A DNA stretch of 61,178 nucleotides, the filler included, from Catajapyx aquilonaris (Eukaryota): the NCBI GenBank assembly GCA_000934665.2. It is 4 parts of 4 records of this genome, joined end to end, with 100 filler letters (N's around TTAATTAATTAA, not from the genome) between each part and the next. Parts side by side here need not be neighbours in the genome. Positions count along the whole stretch, not along the records: positions 30,659 to 45,876 come from KZ539703.1; positions 45,977 to 61,178 come from KZ539704.1; 2 more parts are not named here. One strand, 5' to 3'. The position numbers and the translations under genes are program-made. Positions 35,454-46,974 of the stretch are shown here, one piece after another; position 1 is the stretch's first letter, and every line of letters begins with the position of its first letter. Under the pieces are notes generated by a model, which did not search any database, was not told where the DNA came from, and saw only the letters and a list, made by a program, of their open reading frames with translations.

Positions 35454-36680
35454 ATGGATGGGCAAGGGAGGGCAAGGGGAGGGCCAGGGGCTGCACACAG
35501 TCTCAGACCATGACCATGACCAGGCCAGGCAGTGAACTGGTGGCATCAGGATCCCAGACGTGCCCCTCGGATGGAGGCGGAAGGGCCGTGACTGCAGGGG
35601 AGGGGCCGCCTGCTCCAGGAAGGTCCCAGGCACCACCAGGCCTGCAGGAGGCAGCTGCTCAGCCAGAGAGGGTCATGACCGCTGGTGCCGCTAGCTTGCA
35701 GAAGGAGTTGTCCGCAATGGCCATCCAGGAGGGTGAGCCACTTCATTTGCTATCATTGCTTTTGTAGGCTCCTTCAAGTGCTCCAAGTACAAGCACTAAA
35801 AGGTGGAAGGGGTTCCAGTTGCATTAATCTCCCACATGTTGCATGTTGATCAGGTGGCATGATTATGCTTTTTCAGGAGGTAGCAAGGACGTGCTGGTGG
35901 GCAGAGGAGGCGCCAGGAAGAATCTGGATCGCAGAAGAAAACAGGTTTGCACACGTCCAGACCACATCACCAGCAAGCAGGGAACCACAGGCAGGGTCGT
36001 CAAGCTGATGGCAAATTACTTCGAAGTGGTCAAGTGGACGGAGTGGACCCTGGGTGGACTTCACCCCAGAAGAAGACCGCACATCTGCCCGGAAGGGGAT
36101 GCTGCGTTCGTGCAAGGAGTAGTTGGAAGGTGCCTATATATTTGATGGAACTGTCCTGTACATGAATCGCCACCTCCCAGGGGATCGCCTGAATACCTGC
36201 TGCGAACCTGGGACCGACCAGGAGAAGATACAAGTGATGGTCTGCATGTTGGGTGAACTGAAGCCATATGACCATAATTATGTTCCTGCAAGTGTAAACA
36301 TCTTGCTGAGGGAGGACATGGGGCACCTGAAGCTGGAGATGATAAATCGCCACTTCTAAGACCGCCATGCAGGCATCAAGATCCCCGAATTTAACCTGGA
36401 GCTATGCCCTGGGTACATCACCTCCTTTCGGCAGCACGAACACCGTCTGCTTCTGTGCACCGAGATACACCACAAGGTCCTGAGGCAGGACGCTGTCTTG
36501 AAGCAGCTGTACATGTTCCATGGATACAACAAGTGTAACTATTGGAAGATGGCAGCGGAGGCCTTGCTCGGGTCGATTGTCATGACCAGTATAATTCCAA
36601 GACCTACAGGATTGATGAAATTGACTGGGAGAAGTCCCCAGAGGAAGTGTTTCCATGGCGCGATGGAGGGGATGATTACC
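35454..36680 (+). pseudogene. piwi: Decayed 5' fragment of a piwi/aubergine gene (RG-rich N-terminus, N, L1 and start of PAZ)
   Basis: cag|ATG MDGQGRARG/RARG; TRPDHITSKQGTTGRVVKLMANYFEV; IPEFNLELCPGYITSFRQHEHRLLLCTEIHHKVLRQDAVL; LLGSIVMT/YNSKTYRIDEIDWEKSPEEVF. Lesions include an 11-nt deletion (~36053), TAA at 36357-59 and a frameshift at ~36588. MID and PIWI domains are absent. Confidence 0.9.
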
Positions 36681-36985
36681 CATACATATTGCACATATGA
36701 TTACTCATAATGCACATGTCCTGTCTGTCTGCCTGTCTTGTTTGTCCTGACTGGTCTGTCTGTCTTATCTGTCCTGCATGATTACACATATGATTACCAA
36801 TATTGCACATATAATTGCTCATATTTACACATATGATTACCAATATTGCACATATAATTGCTCATATTTACACATATGATTACCAAGATTGCACATATGA
36901 TAACTCACATTGCACATATAATTGCTCATACTTACACATATGATTACCAAGATTACACATATGATAACTCACATTGCACATAATA
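36681..36985. repeat. AT-rich minisatellite (acatatgattaccaatattgc-type units) with a (TGTC)n-like patch
   Basis: Direct read. It begins where piwi homology ends. Confidence 0.85.
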
Positions 36986-36992
36986 GAAAGTA

Positions 36993-37781
36993 CAGGGTGA
37001 TTCTCCGGATTTTTTTTTTCTTTTTTTTTTTTGCATTACCCCATATCTACACATATATGGGGGGTGGATTACCACCATCGGGATTATTTTTGGAGCGAGT
37101 CAAGATTTAATCTTGTTAGTATGCTCCAAGGTAGTTAGGAGGGGATGTGCAAAGTGCGTGTGCGCGGGCGAGTAGTGGTCATTTTGTGAACTCCCCCGGG
37201 TGGCTTAGTATATCGGAAATTGCCACCCGAAACGAAGCCAGAGATGGCCCAACTCTGCACGAAAGAAGGTGGGAACCCCGGGTGGGGATTGAACCCGGGA
37301 CCTTAACTTCCGTGGGCGCGCACGTTACCGCGGCGCCACTCCGTCTCCCTTGATTCTCCGGAATGGAAACCCAAACATTCCTCAATAACTTTTTAACTAT
37401 GGTATGGTTCCAGATAAAAATTAACATGTACTTACCTTGTATCATGCCCAACAAGGTCTGACTCAAGAATATACCAAAAGTGGTCCCCTCCAGCATCCAA
37501 GAATTTTTTCATCCGAGTCTGCATATTGCCGAAGACTCCTGCCGATTGAAGGCGGCGATCACTTCCATTCCCGCTGGCCATTCTGCAGGAGTCTTTGGCA
37601 ATATGCAGACTCGGATTTAAAAATTCTTGGATGTTGGAGGGGACCACTTTTGGTATATTCTTTAGTCAGACCTTGTTTGGCATGATACAAGGTATGTACA
37701 TGTTAATTTTCATCGGGAACCATACCATAGTTAAAAAGTTATTGAGGAATGTTTGGGTTTCCATTCGAGAGAATCACCCTG
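36993..37781. mobile_element. Palindromic Tc1/mariner-type MITE with a family-B SINE (37010-37350, minus) inserted in its left TIR
   Basis: TA|CAGGGTGATTCTC...GAGAATCACCCTG|TA. 37351-37781 folds back on itself. SINE TSD is tgattctccgga. Confidence 0.85.
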
Positions 37782-38319
37782 TATATCATTTTGTGCAACC
37801 AGATGAATTTCTATTAATATCAGTTTTTGTCAACAATGTAGATTGTGTCATCTACTGTTGCCATAAAAAATATCAAAAATTCCTTGCACCTTTTGTGGCT
37901 GTTTAAGTTTGAAAAAAATAATTTAATAGCAGGAATCACCACCCCAAAAAATGATGTCTCACAAAACCACCTTGGACTTCCCCTGTGAAAAGTTTCAACA
38001 TCTCAAGTTTAAAACCAGAATTTCACACCTCAACATTTTCATTTTACTAACTTGTAAACAAGTGCACAGACAAATAGTTACTTTGATTACCTCAAAACTG
38101 TTTTTTCTTCTTCTACTTAGTGTGTTTCACTTGTATGTCAATGATGTGCTAATTAATAATTGCATATGATAAGTAAAGATGTCACAAACAAAACCCTCTT
38201 CAGTTATTTAAAATGCATGCATGGAAATGTTTCAATACATGACATTTCTCACAGCCATACTTATTCACATCTTAAAGTGTTGCTATTTGAATGAAAATGC
38301 AAACTTTGGTAGTATCATT

Positions 38320-39921
38320 AAGGGGTCGGTGCAATACTGCCCTAACCCACCAAATGACACAAATTGAGTTTCGCGCACTTCCATATACTACACTCAAATA
38401 TCTAATAAAGTACACTGAGATTGTCCAGTTTCTGCCATTTGTCGGTGAGAAATCAAACAATGTTTTTCTTGCTGCAAGGTTATGAATGCCTTTTCTGCAG
38501 CAAAACCGCCCTAACCCTCCGTCTTCAAATATGGCAGCGCATAGGTTGCAGCTGCGAGCAGCTGTGTCTCACGAGTCGGGCTGAAATAGTGAGCTTTTGC
38601 CTGACGACACCAATGTGGATGAGAGTACCGAAGATTCAGAGTTTGATCCTGATAATGATGATGTGCGAAGTAGTAGTCCATTGCAGTAAAATAATAATAA
38701 TAGTTGGGTCATTCCATGTCAAGACAGACAACTTGGTGGCTCGACCATCTCATAATTTGATATAAAAATCATTGAAGTGTTGCCAAAAATAAAGTTAAGA
38801 GCCTCCCAGGTGAAAATCCCATGGAGATATGGCAACGTCTTTCAGCAGCAATGGAGCTGGAAGGACCATTTATTTCAGGTGAAGTTATTGTTGTACCCTC
38901 ATGTTCATATTATATCATATGAACTGGCGTAAGATAAGGAACATTTTGGTGGCAACGGGTTAGCCTAGATTGTAAAATGAAAATGCTAAAAAATTGCATT
39001 ATTCTGTAAAACGGACACATTTCGTATGGTCCAATGTCATTGTTAAACACATACTAAGCGTGTGGAATTAATATGGTAGGTACTACGTAGTACGTTGTCA
39101 TCTGATCATTACTAGGACAACATCAAGGTCAAGCAGACTTGGAGACAATAAATCCTGAAATGTCCGGAAAAGCCTCTATAGGCTACTCCACGTTATTTGA
39201 TGTTGTGAGTGAACCACTCATGGTAAGTGAACAGTTCTTATACCACTATGTTATGCATGAAAAGACGCTTCTGGTAACGTAAAAGTTGACCCAGCTCCGC
39301 ATTGAGAAAAATGACCCGTAAGATGACCAAATTAGTGGAAAACACACATTTCAGAAGTTTTATCTCCAAGACTGCTTGACCCAGCTTGACCTGTGATGTT
39401 GTCCTTCAACAGTAGTAATGATCAGATGACAATGTACCTACCATATTAATTCCACACGCTTAGCATGAGTTTAACAATGACATTGTACCATATGAACTGT
39501 GTCCGTTTTGCACAATAATAGGAATTTTTTTAGCATTTTTATTTTACAATCTAGGTTAAACCCGTTGCCACCAAAATGTTCCTCATCTCACGACAGTTCA
39601 TTTGATATAATTTATATGAATACTAAACTAACTAGTGAAGCTTGTGATACGTTCTTGACCAAAATTTAGTTCGCATTACAAGTTGGGTGCAATACTGCCC
39701 TAACCCTTTTTTTCACACATGGCCTATGGCCACCTTATTTTGTTCATTCTTCGAGTGGGTGGTGCATCATCATCATCATAATAGCACATAAATATCCCTT
39801 ATTAGTGCCTTGTATATTGGGGGAGATATGGAAAAGGTGATTTATGGGTCATCTCAAACTCAACTTCAGTTTTCTCAAAATCAGGTTTGGGAGGGTTAGG
39901 GCAGTATTGCACCGACCCCTT
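38320..39921. mobile_element. TIR element with 4-bp TSD (Sola-like), containing a nested foldback (~38903-39135 / ~39383-39620)
   Basis: TIRs aaggggtcggtgcaatactgccctaaccc / gggttagggcagtattgcaccgacccctt with TSD CATT (38316-19, 39922-25). Confidence 0.8.
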
Positions 39922-41046
39922 CATTTATTTACCACATTACAATCAGGTGAACGTCAGGCTACCACGACTGACAATACAGTATATTATGCGATTCGAATTT
40001 TGACAGTAAAAATAGGTCATTCTTGATTGGAACCTGTAATGAAATACCAGTACGTACCATTGTGCCATATATTATAACCCTCATACTTCTTAATAATCTG
40101 CATGTCAGTAGCAATGTCCCTTAAGATGGTGTTACTCTCCTTGAGCTTGATGTGAAATATTCAATATAAACATAGCATTCAGAGATATGCTGCAACTTTG
40201 TGTTAGCTAAATGCCTTCTAAGCCACTGCCTGTGCATCTTTTTCCTAGGCTGGAAGGGTGGATTGCGAAGACGGAGTCTTAGCTGTGGCTAAGTTAGATC
40301 GCGGTGTAAACCGGGGTTCCGCTTGCAAAGACAGGGTGTTTTCTTTATCATGGTATCATACCGGTATCATATTTTTCAAACAACCTGTATAAGAGCATTC
40401 CAAATGCAATAGATCTCATGAAGAAACTTGATTATTCTATTATTTTGTACCCTAGCCTTGCGTAACCAAGAGCATGTTTGTGTTGAATATTCCATATCTA
40501 CTCTAAGTATTGCAATATTCCCTTTCAGATTAAAATTTTCCATGTGACTAATTTGATAGTTTAGGTTACTTGAGAGAAAAAATACAATTATTACATTTTC
40601 ACAGGGTTTTCTATACAATGGGCCACGACAAAACATCGTCTATTAACATATAAAATTGGTCATGCAAAACATTTTTAAACCTGAAAAGAATTCAGTTTAT
40701 CTGGGATATTAGTCCCAACTTGCTCAAGTTAAAGTAAATTAACAGCTTCTAATCAGCAATAGTTTCAAGTTATGCATGTTAGCCTCAACACTGTGACACC
40801 CTCAGTCAGCTTCAAGGTACCTGATCACATATGCGTTAACTTGAGTACAGAGAGGGTTCATGATGGTGCAAAAGAGTAGACGTTAGTCATATATTCAATA
40901 ACAACTAACACTCAAATACTGTTTGCAGAAATGCAGAGTGTGCCTTGTGGACAACTGTACTTAGCATGCCACATCAAAAAGAGTAAAACACAGTCATTGG
41001 CACTGACTAGAGAGAGCTGACAACCAGCAATATCATAAATGTATTC

Positions 41047-44000
41047 TTAGACAGAGTAAAACTGTGTGGCAGCTGAAGATTGCAACTCAATTTGACCCAT
41101 TTTGAACTGGAGTCGCTGCAGCCACTTGAGCAGAACAGTGCCCAGAGTGGCCAAATCTGCATCTTGAATCATCCCTGGAGGGTAGTTCAGACAGTTTTGA
41201 AGCCTCACTTGAAGGTGTCCCGGAAGCTTCCCAAGATGCAAGAAATAATAAAGAAAGAAGGAAATAATAAGATGACAATGCATGGAAAGCATATCTACTG
41301 TACGTGTCACTGTTAGAATATGTAATTTGTGGTGTTTGGAATTTCATCAATTGATGAACTACATTTCAGTGACTCATATTCTGAATTTAAAACAATGCAA
41401 ATAATGTTTTTACTTGCACCATGCAAGCCAATAATAAAGTTATACACTGGTCTTCAGTGAAAGCATTTTGGAGCGACATTGTATATTTCTGCACCCCATA
41501 TACAGGGTGAACGGATTTTCGCACATAATCGCCAGGTAGCTTGATAGTACTCGCAAAACTAATATAGGGATGTGCAAGTAGTTATGGGCTTTGTTGCTTA
41601 GTTAATGCGTACGGCACCTTTAAAGATTCATGACATCACATCCGCTCCGCCAGTTTCAAAGAAGTAAAAGTCAGCTCGAGGGCCTCTGAATAATCCAGCC
41701 TTGGGTTTATAACGCATCGTCCATGTGCAATAGGTGATCAAATCCCATCAGAGCAAGAATCCGGGTGTGACACCCATGCATTTTGTCATTGCTTACCTCA
41801 TTCTCTACCATCTGATACTCTACACTTTAAATGCTCCGTAGGCATTAACTACGCAATGGCACCCAAAACTACTTGGACATCCCTGTGTGATGCATTCATT
41901 AGTTAATCAATCCTACATAATAGAAGGAAGGAATGTGGTTGGGTGGAACTAATTATTAGTTCCACCCAACCACATTCCTTCCTTTTTATTCCACATCAGA
42001 GTGTGTCAAGATAGTGTAAACCCAATCCATCACGCCCAGGCAGGACTGAATCTTTTCCACCCCGCTTCTGCTGACAGGAAGAGATTTGTCGTAGTAGAGG
42101 CGCTGCCCCAAGCGGCCAATAAGGCTAAGAGTTAACACAAATATGCCATGAGGTAATTGTTGGCCAATCGTTTGGAAACTTGAAGTTAAATTTCGACTCC
42201 TGACTGGTAGAGACGGTCTACATCTGGAATTCCAAAGTGAGAGCGACCAACGCTGGCCAAAACTGGTACACACTCTGGGAGAGGAGCCAGATGGGGTGTT
42301 AAAACCAACAAAGAAGTGGAGCAAAACCAAAGGTCAGAGGGCATCCAAGTCTGCCCTTTTCCCCGGCTGCATTCATGAACTGTGGTACGCCCGGTTCAGC
42401 AGCTGGACAGATGAGGACTAAGAGGAAAATGCCCCTCAAAGAAGTGGGCCCCACGGTTCAGTAAGAAGTCAAATCCCTGATTAGGGAGTTTCTTTGGTCA
42501 CTGCACTAGGCATTTGTCCTTTGAATGCCTAGCCGTAACATGAGGGTCATATGTAGGGATTCAATAACGATGTGCTGTTCGTTTTAGAGGGCGGATTGAC
42601 CTACCAGAATCGAAAGGAAGCCGCCACTGTCGATAGTCCGGAATACCCTGGGGGTGATTGAGGGTTAACAACACCCAGCCAGCTTAGGATGGAGGATCCA
42701 GCTGGAGATGGAGGCTCCATCCTAAGATGGAAGCCCAGTCAAGCAGACTAAAAGCTGAGAAAAACCAATACAATCCAAAGCAGACAGCACAGCTGATGCC
42801 AGAGAAGACCGCAGAAATTCATTTTAAAACAAAAGCTTTTGTGGGTTGTAAATGTTATCTCAACAGTAATGGGTATGATTGATTAAGCTAAAACTTATTC
42901 TTGGATGCAAGAATAACTTTTAGCATAGGTGGGGGTATGTTGCACGTGGATTTAGCAATCCCCTATCTTAATGAGTCACACAAGTATTAGTATTGCCACA
43001 TTAGGCACAACAAGCTGACTTTGCTTGTACAATAGGAGGAGTACCTCACATTGTCATGCACAGTCCAGTATATAAGCGTAGCTTCTTGAGAGGACGAATT
43101 AGTCCGTGGGCGCGGGCTAGGTGACTCACGATTGATAATGTAGCTGCTGATTAGAACCCGTAAGGCTGGCTCTTTGCCAGCCCTATGTTGAGGTAACGTC
43201 TAGTTAATCGGCATTCTTGTGTAACTTCAGGAACTACAGTAACGATGCACTTTAACGCTTCTCGAAAACATTTGTAAATAGAACGGCATTAAACTTCACT
43301 TAAGACAGCCCATCTAAAATATTATTTCAATCCGAACACTCTGTCAACCCAACTATGACACTTTGATCCAAGTTAGTGTTATCCAGAAAATTCCCTGCAT
43401 ACATGACAACTTTCAGGTTTTTCAGCTGGATTAGTTTTAGTTCATTGAGGCCTGACACCTGTATTAGCTTTGCGAGTAGACTCCCTTCACCCTGTATGTC
43501 TTTTACCATTTTTTGCACTTTTTTGCCCTTGGGGCATTTGTCCACCAATAGGAAAACCATGTGGCAACCCTGCCAGGGGGAGGCAACCTTGTAGGAGCTC
43601 TATACTGTATAATAAGTGTGGGTGTCCCCGCCAAAAAATCCTTTCGATGTAACCTCTGAGCAACACACTTGTGTGTGTCCCCAGTCAGAGTTCAATTTAC
43701 TGAACCCCAGTACTGGAGCTCATGAGCTATCATAGTTTGCACCATACTACAGTTAATGACTGTAATTAATTTTTGACTAAATAATTACAAAACTTTTTGT
43801 GCTGAGAGAATGACCCTATTGTGCATCATTTAGAAACTGCCAATGCATTTCTTGATATATTAGTACTACAATGTTATTATTTTAATGTAGACCATCAATT
43901 CCGCTTAAATGTTATATTTAAACATGAAGTTACCTGCATTTCATGAGCAAACAAGACTGGACTCCAGAGAGGTAGCAATTTGCTGAGAATGGTTGAATTG

Positions 44001-44269
44001 CTTTCCAGCAAGGCTTCCATCAAGCTCAGAAAGTGAAGGTTGACCATCTCTGCCAGCTGTTGAAATGAGGGGAAAACTATAAAGGTTACCTGAAGGCTTG
44101 TAAGCAGTAATCATGAGATCTGTAGGCAGCATGCAAGACATACCACTTTTGAATGTGACACCAGCTGCAAGACTCCTGGAGTTACTTTTGCCCAAAAGTC
44201 CGTCAGCAATGATGGATCTGTGTTTGCAGAGTTGGTGGCTAGCATTTGCTCAAAGTATACAGTCCAGAG
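41047..44269 (-). CDS. unc79: UNC-79 (NALCN channel complex subunit), last three coding exons: 44269-44144, 44056-43934, 41226-41047
   Basis: Spliced in phase 0: LWTVYFEQML...DFWAKVTPGVLQLVSHSKV|LAEMVNLHFLSLMEALLESNSTILSKLLPLWSPVLFAHEMQ|LPGHLQVRLQNC...LLKWLQRLQFKMGQIELQSSAATQFYSV*. This matches the conserved UNC79 C-terminus. Confidence 0.9.
41924..41984. repeat. Perfect ~60-bp hairpin in the last unc79 intron
   Basis: aggaaggaatgtggttgggtggaactaat-t-attagttccacccaaccacattccttcct. Confidence 0.9.
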
Positions 44270-44321
44270 CTACAAGGAGAAAATTTAGGAATATGGATAT
44301 TAAATAATCACACCTCACAAA

Positions 44322-44626
44322 CAAATTATTTTATGCTACGTCCAATAATAATTGGACGTAGCATAAAATAATTTGGAGCGGCAAAGCAAACCCCGCAAGA
44401 TCCAATGTTGGCGGGAAACGAGTTAGGCATGGCATATTGTCCATCACATAGGGTGTGATGCGGTGTTAAAAGCTGGTCGGGCAAAATGTGTTAGTTCCAT
44501 AGTATATGAGCCCAAAAATTGTCGATTCAAGCAAATACCGCAAGATCAGCAGCATAGTGCAAGCAAAACCAGCAAGATCTATAAAAAAGTTTGTGATGGA
44601 TCTTGCGGGTTTTGCTTTGCTGCTCT
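44322..44626. repeat. Perfect 54-bp hairpin followed by a small inverted-repeat element
   Basis: caaattattttatgctacgtccaat...attggacgtagcataaaataatttg, then gagcggcaaagcaaaccccgcaagatcca / tggatcttgcgggttttgctttgctgctc. Confidence 0.8.
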
Positions 44627-45334
44627 TCAATTAGAGTATTAGCAATGTATATATTCATTAGTTGCAGGAGGGACTGCCTTAAAATTCAAAATTTTTGAGG
44701 TAATGCAAAGAATATGTCCATGAGTCCCTAATATCTGAAAAGTGACATGTGTCATGATAAAAATGCCTTTAACCTAGTTAAAATGAGGGGGAAATAAGAG
44801 GTGTGTCCAGGGCCTACCCTAGTTCTCCCTCGCTACCTTTAGGTGTGACATCATCAGTCATTGGCTCCACAATGGAAATATGGTAAACAAATGGAAGTGG
44901 GTGGATTTAGGCAGTAAATCAAACCCCTACAAGGACATTTCAGTGACTCCTCATGATTATTTTTCAAACCATTGCTCAGCCCTACCGACGTATAAATGCG
45001 AATAGATGCTTTCACTCACGACTCCCTTCAATTTGCCTTAGCCGCTCTTATTTGAGCTTCACAATCATGAAAATACTGCTTGAAGCAATGTAAGACCCTT
45101 CCCATTGGCTAGTCACATCTGACAGCAACAAAAGCATAGGAATGACTGTGGAGGGCAATAACTACCAATACACACCCAGGCAAAGCTTGAAGTGAGGTTA
45201 CTCCTGATGTCAGGTGCAGCCATAGGTCAAACTTTGAAAGCTCATATCTCCAGTTTGGAGCATTATTAATACAGTGTGTCCACAAATGATGGGGCCAAAG
45301 TAAAAAAAATTCTAGAAAATGCAACATACATGGT

Positions 45335-45787
45335 ACAGTGCCGAGCACAATAGCATATAACAAGTGTAAACAACGACTTTGGCGTTACCTGGCAACTGGA
45401 CGTGTTCAGACATTGGCATGTGGAGAGTGTTTAGCGTTCTTTCTGTCGTTGCCACTGTTTACAGGTAGCGATTGATGCTGGGCGATCTATAGCGAAGGGT
45501 GTGTGCATGCTTACCAATGCATGGCATCGGAATAAGCGGGCTGAGGGGATATTATTTTGAGCTTCGTTATTATCACACTATCGTCACTGTCTTATTCCCA
45601 CGATGATGGAGTTACGGAATGCCCGGAAAGATGAGAGGGATGTTCTAGTTCGCTACCTGTAAACAGTGGCAATGACAGAAAGAGCGCTAAGCACTCTCCA
45701 CATGCCGATGTCCGAACACGCCCAGTTGCCAGGTAACGCCAAAGTCGTTGTTTACACTTGTTATATGCTATTGTGCACAGCACTGTA
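45335..45787. mobile_element. MITE with ~135-bp TIRs and TA flanks
   Basis: tacagtgccgagcacaatagcatataacaag...caggtagcga and its reverse complement at ~45650-45787. Confidence 0.85.
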
Positions 45788-45876
45788 CTATTGACCGCAA
45801 AAGTAATGTCGCGACTGTTTATGTGTTTATGTGTTTATGTGTTGGTAATCCTGGGCGTTGCCAGGTTACGGACATG

Positions 45877-45976
45877 NNNNNNNNNNNNNNNNNNNNNNNN
45901 NNNNNNNNNNNNNNNNNNNNTTAATTAATTAANNNNNNNNNNNNNNNNNNNNNNNNNNNNNNNNNNNNNNNNNNNN
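45877..45976. other. Artificial contig-joining spacer
   Basis: N44-TTAATTAATTAA-N44. Confidence 0.97.
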
Positions 45977-46974
45977 AACGTGTTCCCACCTCCCCTTCGA
46001 CCATAGGGCGGGAACCCGAACCAGAAACTCAGTAACGTCCCCACACTCCACAGGAGCCCCATCTGGCGTTACAGCTGCAAAAGTTAGATCATAATTTCAT
46101 ATTGAACGATTCTTTGCTGCATGTAGAGTGTTGGAATATTGGCGAACGTCCTGTAGGTGCAATGGGTTGCTATACAACCCACTGCGAAATCACTTCCAAT
46201 TGATTTATGAGAGTTCAGGTTTGTTACGGATATAATCGTATACATTACATTTTACACAAGCTAGTGGTAGGGGTCATCCTGCGTGGAAATGCCCTACTAC
46301 AGTAATACTAAACTACAGGGCATTACGCGTGATATGCTAATGACAAAACACACTTTGTGCATAATTATATCAATTCCCCCCCTGAAGGTTTTTAATATTA
46401 CTACGCGTAATCGAACATCAGCAGCCAATACCTTTGATGACCATTAAAACTAACCACGCTAATGTGATTGGTAAAATAAGCAGATTATTGCCAAAAAGTA
46501 TTGTCCGCGATTACTCAACTAAAGAAATCGGAAAGATTCAGCGGGTTTTTAGGAATGAAGCAATGCGGGTAGAAAGGACTATATGTTGAAGAAGTAGGCT
46601 ACGAACTCGGTAGGTGGGGTAATTTTTTGTGGGCTAAGGTCTGATACCCTTTTTAAAAGAAATACTCTGCTGGGGAGCTATTACTTTGCATACATGAGCA
46701 TTGCATATCAGGAGCTCGCCTTCCATATTTATAATGTTGTCAGTATTATAATAATAACGACATCCCTAGTGTTTGATAATCACATTGTGGATATTGTTGA
46801 TTTATTTTTACCCAAAGATATCAGTAAAATTCTAAGAACGAATATATGCATTCCATTTGCTTATATAATTATTCCTTAATATGCCTTGGTACTTAACAAT
46901 GTAAACTCAATTTATTATTAGAACAGAGGTTTCTAACATTCAAGTACAAAATTCACGAGGATTTTACCAAATCA

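Noticed and set aside
35454..36680. Functional piwi gene
   Set aside because: Multiple frameshifts, an in-frame stop, and no MID/PIWI exons in the remaining contig.
36681..36985. Regularly spaced repeats resembling a CRISPR array
   Set aside because: The units are contiguous with no unique spacers, the context is eukaryotic and there are no cas genes. It is a minisatellite.
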